Source of the DNA: Octopus vulgaris
Lineage: Eukaryota
Length of the DNA stretch: 64,000 nt
NCBI GenBank assembly: GCA_951406725.2
Contig: OX597825.1
Location: forward strand, 44,640,001 to 44,704,000
Reading direction: 5' to 3'
The notes under the pieces were generated by a model. It did not search any database. It was not told the origin of the DNA and saw nothing but the letters and a program-made list of their open reading frames with translations. Below are positions 56,212-64,000 of the stretch, piece after piece. The position numbers and the translations under genes were made by a program. Each line of letters opens with the position of its first letter. The first letter of the stretch is position 1.

Positions 56212-56753
56212 GGTTCCTGTTCAACTGCTCGACGAGTAATTGCCCGACAATTACCCGATGGACAACTGTCCAACGGACAACTTCCCGACGGACATTTTCC
56301 TGATAGGGACAACTGCGCGATAGATAACTGCCCAACAGACACATTCACTTTATCTTTATCTGTCATTCATTTCACTTTATCTGTCATTTGGGCGAATCTT
56401 CCTGTACACAAAAATCGTATTTTTCCTCAGTTTGCTGAAGTAAAGAACCACCAGGCGTCAAAAGACGTTAGCTTTTGTGCTAGCAACGTTGTAACATCAT
56501 TTGAGCAATTGGAAGTGTGGCATAACAATTTACAGGCGAATATAACGTCAAGTCATCCATATATCTGGCGTTTTCATCAGTTATTAAAGATGTAACAAGC
56601 ACTTAAAGACACGATCATCGACCAAATGCTGGCAGGATATCAGACTTCACCACGCCTCCAAAAAAATATCAAGATTTAACTAAAAAAATTTGCAATTGTC
56701 TGTCGGGCACTTGTCCATCGGGCTCATGTCATTCGGGTAGTTATCCGGATACC
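56212..56753 (+). mobile_element. Mutator-like (MULE) deletion derivative with subterminal tandem repeats
   Basis: Perfect 9-bp TSD TACGGTAAT (56203-56211 / 56754-56762); ~15-bp ggacaactgcccga-type repeats inverted at both ends; transposase piece 'LEVWHNNLQANITSSHPYIWRF'. Confidence 0.85.
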
Positions 56754-57189
56754 TACGGTAATAGTGGTAATTGTATTTTTGTATTTGATCGCTAATAAAA
56801 TTAACGGGAATTTGACTTTCTAGTTCGTATATGTACTTTATGTAGTATAAACATGTTGGATTCTGATTGGGCCAGCACTTTAAAAGGAAGGGGATTAACA
56901 GATTCTTTCGATCTAGTATTTAACGGGTACATTATTTCATCGACCTTGGAGAGATGACATGCAAAGGTGACTCAAAGCATAACAAATCTGAACAAATACA
57001 GTAAAGCAAATGTGTAGAAGCTCTAACGATGCTATCAAGTCGCTGCCTGAAGAAATATACACACATAATTACGCAACGTACGCATGCAAACATGCATATC
57101 AATTTACATTACACATCAGTGCAGATTTGTTGGCTTTTGGAGTGTATCATCCACTATATGCAGTAGGGATGAGATGTAGATATCTTCTG

Positions 57190-59300
57190 ATGTCCACAAA
57201 ATCTGCCTATATGCTCAACTTCTCGCAAAGGTTGCGTTTGGCCCAAGTTCCTTAGAATACTAGTTTCAAATTTCTCGATGTTCTTCCTTCTTTCTCCTGG
57301 AGCTGCATCAGGACCATGCCTCTTCTTTTCTTGTTATCTGCATCCCTTCATTGCTGGAAGAACTGATACCATGCCGTATTGGGCACGTCATTCTAACGAA
57401 GTAGTATAGTTTGTCTTACTGAGATGTCGGCTGCCCAACATATCTGAAATGTTCATCCTAAGAAACCCAGTACATCTACAACTCAACACTTTACTACCTT
57501 GAATTCTCCGACCGTGGCTAGCTGGGGAACTTGGATATGTTCATATCTTATGTACATACCTACTGAAGTTACGCCTGAATCGATGACCAACCGTTTTCAG
57601 AGGTACTTACCGATCTTTTCTGCATTTCCACCCATGTCATACAAACTTCATTAACTGTCAACTGTCACAGAAGTCTTGTGAGCAGTCTGAGTTGGTAAAG
57701 CTGCGATTTGAAATTCCTTGGAAAGCTTGATCTTACACACACATACACACACATCTTAGCCATTCCTTTGTTTGCTTTTCAGTAATGGTGATGTTGTTCC
57801 TTCTGCAATGAATCATCGAAACACTTTCTCGGGTATTTAATGGGATTTCTCTGTTCAGTTGCAGCTTGATCCTTTGACATTTTCCGATCACCATATTTCT
57901 AAATTTAAACTTCACTAGGTTAAACTTCATTCGTTCCCACTTGCCGCGTGTTCAACTAATGTTAACAACTATCTTGCCTCCACTTGAGTTGTGGTTGTCA
58001 CAGTAAGATAATCACTTACTGACTGATCTACTTCAACTTGTTTCCTGGGAATTGTGTATGCAGCCAGTTATGACACCTTATTCCAGGTCTTTCAGGGAAG
58101 TTGTAAACTGAACAGTTTTGAAACACAAATAGATAGCTCAGATGTAGCTGGTTGCCATTTCCTTGATGTCTGGTGTGTTCTAGTGTTGCGTGTATTAGAG
58201 AATAAAGAATTTATAGTTTATATAATTCCGTTGTTTTTGTTTTTTCTTTTCTTTTTGGTCACCTAGATCAAATTACCGAGAGCTCTGTTGTATTCAGTAT
58301 ATCCAGAGAAGAATGGGATCGCACTATTCTGGTCACCTGAATTTATGCATCCATTCTCCACCATGTATGAAGTAGTTCTTTAACCATACTGAAAAGAATA
58401 TTTTACCTTCTACACTTAAAACTGACATAGTTTTGAATTGGCTGACAGCTCAGAGGCCTTCTTTTTTTGCACAGTGGAACGCTTCCATTTTCCAGGAACA
58501 TCGTTCACAAAATCTGACAGAACGTCGAACATTTCATATACCTTGCATGTTATGCTTCTTGGACCTTGGGAAAATCCTGTTCGGGTCGCCTTCGCTACCT
58601 CTTTAACTACCTTCACCGAAGGACAGTTCTGACCCCACCCCCCGAAACATAGTTCTATGTCTTCTCTTGGGCTAGTTACTCTTCTGAATTTTGCCTCACT
58701 CGGAAATGGTCTGGTGAATGTAAAGCTGCTCTTGGTAAACTGAGCCATTTTCTCTCTCTTTCTTCCCTTTCGCTTCCGCGAACTTCCTGTTCTTCCAAGA
58801 CTACACAGACATTCCCATCTCGTTATGCTATTGATGTTTCCCATTCCTCGATATGAATTCACTTATACAATCTGTTGAAAATCGTAATTTCTTCCATCAA
58901 GTGATGAAATTCTTTCTTTTCTGCTATGTTGCTTTCCCTATATCAAAGCGATCACTTGAAAGTTTTTGTATTTAGTTGTGAAAGCATTCACTTATGCTCA
59001 GTATGTCCTGCTAGCGTGGTTTAGTATATCCTGTCATGATTTTGGTCCGGTGGATACCATTCTATGGTGTCATCCATCTTGAGCTATTTGATTCGTTCTC
59101 CTGCTACATGGGCTTAGCTCTCGAGGGTAGTATAAGTTAAATCCCTCCTGGGGGCTTGAATTGATACAATCACCGAGAAATTTCCAGTTCTGTAGAATAC
59201 TTCCTGCCTGGTATTTTCCTGCGTCTTAGTAGGTGCTACCATTGTTTGCTGTACTTGTGACCTCACTTTTCGACTGACAGGCCTAGCTCGGTGTATTTCG
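57190..59300 (-). mobile_element. Degenerate Hero-clade (R2 group) non-LTR retrotransposon
   Basis: 'AQFTKSSFTFTR', 'VAKATRTGFSQGPRSITCKVYEM' (compare KARAxSAPGPNGxPYKVYK), 'KIGKYL*KRL', 'WAADISVRQ'; boundaries approximate. Confidence 0.65.
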
Positions 59301-61884
59301 AGCACTTTTGTGTTCTTATCGGACAAGGAAAATGATAATCGTATAAAGTAAAAGTTTGGGAAAGAAATAAATTTTGTCAATTTATCGCTAGGCATTTGTG
59401 AGATGAGTGAACAAAACCAGTTTCTCCAGAGATTAAACTGTGTTTTGGTCTCAGCTTCTTTACATTTTACTTGAGGTGTTTACATTAATGAAAAGATGTA
59501 AATAAATTCCAGATAGAAATAGACCATTATGCAATATGTGAGTGGTAAAAAATAATTTTTTTACTAATATTGATGTTATCCCAAAACTAATTTTTTGTCT
59601 CCTCGTCATCAATATGCCTTATTTGTCGCTAGAATTTCTTTTTAATTGTAGTTCTTTTTATTGGGCCAAACAGGATTACTGGAGGCTTAATTATGCCGTG
59701 GCACAAAATAAACTCCGGCAAAAGAAAATCCAGCAAGACAATAAAAACCAATGTACAGGGTACTGTAGACCAAAAACCCTTATATTCTAGATTACTGAAT
59801 AATAATTGCTTTCATGGCACGAAGCTTTCTGAACTTACGTCAAAAGGGAAAATATCTTGGAAGAAGATAAGAGGTAATATCAACGTAAATTTTGACGTTA
59901 TATAGTAATTCAAAGGAGGGTATGAGTATTGGTTTCTAGTTTATTTTATCGGTTCTATGGGATGAGGGATATATTTGCAGATAATACTGAATTATAATCA
60001 CTAAATTATTAATATCATAGCAGCAGTGTGTGGATAAAATCCGTTTCGAAGATTTGCTCAGCTAACAACAGCATTTCACTTTAATTTGATAGAGCTACCA
60101 ATATTTCTTATAATCACAATTACACATATAGGCACTTATGTGTATACACATATAACTTATTACAAATCCCCTAAATACAATAAAGTTTCAAATACATACG
60201 CAATTTCAGAAGCCCATAAATAATACATACTTTATGAGTCCCCATAGCTCCCGAAGCCATTTATCGTATGTATTACATGTGTTTGTGTGTGTGTACTTAC
60301 GTACGAATGGATGTTATTGGGTTTGAAGATGTGAAATGAGATTCTGTTGAAGCGGTACGTGAAAAACTAAATCAAAACATCCAATCGCAATTAGAAAGCT
60401 GATAAAATAGAAAAGTTTCGTCGTCTTCACTATAGACATTGCTGAAAGACATCACTTCTTTACACTTTCCGTTTTGTTTTGATCATTTTTGTATATTACG
60501 TTGCAGTTTTTATAATATTCATTTATATGTTTTTACATCAATTATATTTAGGACATTAGCTTTTTGATGTGAAAACGCACACTTAAATATCTGACCCACC
60601 ACTTGATCTGCTTGAAGGTATGAGAAAATCTAAGAATCGTGAAGTATTATATAAAATACTATTAACGTTCTATTATATTCGGTTGTTTAATAAGTGACTT
60701 CAGAAAATATACATACACAGAATTCTCTATATTCGTTTGTGTTGGGAATGTATCTTACCTCGTCATACTGAACTTATTTTTCTGTCGTCGATTATTGCCA
60801 TGCAACGGTTTGATGCTTCGTCAGCTGAAAAAAATACTAACCACACTGCAATTATTCAGAGTTCTTGATTCAGTGAATGTAGAGTAAGAAGGCTAGTGTA
60901 AGAGATTTTGATTTATTTTGTTACATTCAATTAAAAATTTTAAGAAATGGACAATAAACTGAAAAAATATTTACTAAAATTGAAACCTACTGTAACAGTC
61001 AATTACCTATCTAAACATTGAGTGTATTCAGATCAACGAAATGAAATACATACGTGCTCTAGTGTCATTTGCGGTTTAGTGTCTTTTCTTTTCTTTTCTT
61101 TTTCTCTGTCTCTCTCTATTATCGAAAAACCGTGAATCAAAAAATCTTGAAGAGGAAATGAAGAAATATTTACCGATTAGTTAATATTCAGAATAAATTC
61201 TGAAGATTATGAGTAACTGAAATCATTAAAATATTATGACCGAGCCATAAAAGGTTGTATATTACCCTAGGATGTGCAAAGAAATTGCAGCCAAATCTCC
61301 CTCAAAAAGTATCCCACATCTCAAAAGATAAAGATAGTCTCGTAGGTACAGTACAGCCAAAAAAATATAGAGTTAGTGTTTATAATTATCATAGAAGTTG
61401 GAATGCACTGAAGAATGGCAATTTCTTATATTTGTGCTAACGAACGAACCGCTATGCGGTCACGCGATATGGTAGACATAGCAGAAAAATCTCGCTCCCA
61501 TAACTCATATTCTACTTTTTTTATAAATGAAGGACACTTTAGACAGTGTAGCCATGGCTATACGAAAATATTAATGGCTACAACAGGAACGATTTTCGTG
61601 ATAGGTCTATTCGATGAAGGCTGACTTGGAGCTAAACAAAAACGATCGTTTGTGCTAAACTGGGTACTTCATATATTTTAACACGTAGAATTTCAAAGCG
61701 TTTGGTTGGTATTGGTTGATGGTGATTAGAGTATGCATATTAGTGTCAATTCTTGGTTGAGCCTTGAGCCATTTCATTTCGCAAGTACCAAGTAATTTTT
61801 ACCTAGCCGCCGTCAAAATCTGAATGTATTATCTATTTTATTGATATATTATGTTGATATGAGATAGTTATTCATTTACTAAGC

Positions 61885-62160
61885 AGAATGGATTGGTTAA
61901 GAAGTTCGCATCACAATAGAAAGATTCAAGAGGTGATCCCATTAAGTGTCACTTTGGAGAAGTGCCTTCTAATACAGCCTTTTGAATGAAATCAGAGAGA
62001 CGGAATCTACGGAAACAGTTTGGATTGACTCTCTTTGTAATTCAAAATAGATTTGACTTACACACGTCCATGGAATACTAAGCCACTTGCACACTGATTC
62101 GGTGAGTAAGCGGGTGTGCTGATCAAACAGTAGGAATACCTATCGTCGAAACAGACAAAG
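61885..62160 (+). mobile_element. Very old SINE remnant(s) (family A-like head, family C-like tail)
   Basis: ggttaagaagttcgc..cactttggagaagtgccttct..gacggaatct; cacgtccatggaatactaagccacttgcac. Confidence 0.5.
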
Positions 62161-63410
62161 ATCCATTTTACCAACAGCTTAATGAAGATTACAGGGAATT
62201 TTCAGAATTTAAAGAACATTTTAAAAGCATGAGTCTCTTGTTAATATTAGCTTTATATGCGAACAAGAATCATTTGTTTTTCATGTTTGTACTTGGTTAG
62301 AGGTTTTGAAATCTATCTTATTTATTAATCTGAAACACAAAATCAGACGTTTAATCTTCATTCTAAAATATTTTATCCTTAAAGTGTTCACTGAAAATTT
62401 TTAGCTGTCTAACTTTTTCTCATTATATTCGATTCCCTCTAATGAAACATTTTGCTACATCTCGTAATATTCAATTGTTTCAATTACCATTTCTATTCTG
62501 ATGCAGACTTTGACTCTTCATGAGATCTTTCTATCTTTTACACCAACTGATTTGTCTTCTATTGTTGGCGCTATCTGCATCTAGACGTCTCCAAATAACT
62601 ACTTTACAAAAATTATCTCTCTAAAAATCAATCCTCTTTCAAGATCTTGCAAAATGCCTTGGTTGTATCTGTCACCAATTGTTTAAGCTTATCTTAGCAG
62701 TCAAATGAATTTTCTATCCATGTTAATATTTAAATTAGTAACTGTAATTAATTCCAAATTATCGTTTTAACACACACTCAAAAAGAAGTCTTTTATGCTT
62801 AAAAGGGTAGCATTTAATTATATTCCCAGGCTATAAAACAATCTGTTCAAACCCCGTAATAGTCCATACTTTTTCCTATACAGATGTTTTAATTATTTTA
62901 CAGCACTTAAGATTTAGTTCTTGATATAAAATAAAATAGATAAAATAACTTTACAATAAATAGAACAGTTACTGCCTTAGGCTCTATAAATGTTGATCAA
63001 ACAAATAATTAAAAACAAATACTTAAATAATAATTTCTTATAAACCCAGAAGATTTATAGAGTTAATAAAAATAACAAAATGTTATTATATGATCACAAC
63101 ACTTTCCGAAAATGCATAAATTGGGGTTAAATAGCAACAAACTTGAAGCAAATCAAAACTGAATATTCAGACAGAGAGATCTTATTTTGACAGGTGTATT
63201 TGATTCGAGTACATTATTTTGGTATTTTGAGACTTTCGATGAAATGAAAAGTAGGTCAAAATTTCAAGTACAATTATTTTCATTACTATAATTAGTTTGA
63301 TAAACGCATCAAGATTATCCTTCTTTAAAGCATGAATTTTTTCAACTACAAAAATGGTCAATGCTCAAAATTAAAATATTTGATGTATAACAAAAATATT
63401 TATAATATAT

Positions 63411-64000
63411 ATTGCCAAACTAACGTGGCAGTCCAGAGAAATAGGACGAATGCTGCTACTGATTAGATCCGAGAGGCGATCGCCACTAGTTAGCTAGCTA
63501 TATGATGCACGAACCTGCATCCATAAACCTTCGAACAGGGGAGGTCATCAGCTTGTCTTTGATTGGCAGCCACAGATCGGTTTCGGGGCACTTGCCCCTT
63601 ATGAATGTGAAGTTAAGCAGGGGTCACCGTTGACCTATGTTCTAAGGTTTTGTTTAAATATATTCAGTGAAACACATTCACTGATTTTCAAAAATAGAAA
63701 TGTTATAATTTCTAAATCTCTCTAAAGGAAAGATACAGCAGCAGTACTGGGTATTAATATTTATTGCCAAACTAACGTGGCAGTCCAGAGAAACAAAGAA
63801 AGCTGATGTTGATTAGCTCCGAGAGGCGATCGCCTCTAATTGAGTCCGGACAACTACCCCGAAACCGGTCTGTGGATGCCAAGCCAGCAAAGGGAAGTTG
63901 ATGACCTCCCCTGTTCGAAGGTTTATGGACACTCGTTCGTGCGTCATATAGCTACCTAGAGGCGATCGCATCTCGAAGCTAATCAACAGTAGCATTCGTC
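63411..64000. repeat. Direct plus inverted duplication of a Penelope-like end with hammerhead relic
   Basis: 63411-63484 resembles 63763-63834 (direct); 63446-63588 is the reverse complement of 63857-64000. Minus-strand tcaca-ttcataa-ggggc[aagt]gcccc-GAAA-ccg-ATC-tgtgg at 63570-63610. Confidence 0.85.

Noticed and set aside
56225-56340. Regularly spaced ~15-bp repeats as a CRISPR-like array
   Set aside because: No unique spacers, eukaryotic context; these are MULE subterminal repeats.

Overview
AT-rich, microsatellite-dense eukaryotic genomic DNA. The SINE and repeat repertoire looks like an octopus (coleoid cephalopod) genome; this is an inference. Almost every ORF in the supplied track is a microsatellite artefact or a transposon fragment. 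I find one plausible host-gene piece: a TATA promoter and first coding exon (10648-10728, MQSMFRIGFMVLLNLFILTRA|EEPTRM) that encodes a signal peptide and ends in a GTAAGT donor. I found no second exon, so the remaining ~53 kb may be one intron. The window holds decayed DNA transposons (two mariners, two hATs with TIR and TSD, a Tigger fragment, a MULE with a 9-bp TSD, a Helitron), retroelements (Gypsy LTR-PBS-gag-protease, R4/Dong, Hero, RTE, CR1-group and Tx1 LINE remnants) and several tRNA-SINE families. The most striking unexplained pattern is a set of about 8 minimal type-I hammerhead ribozyme motifs with unrelated flanks. Most sit in Penelope-like repeats that form long fold-back inverted repeats, and several inversion points fall in or next to hammerhead stem II. 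A TIR-bounded element carrying a gypsy-type integrase (Ginger-like) is also notable. All coordinates were counted by eye, and no database search or folding was run.
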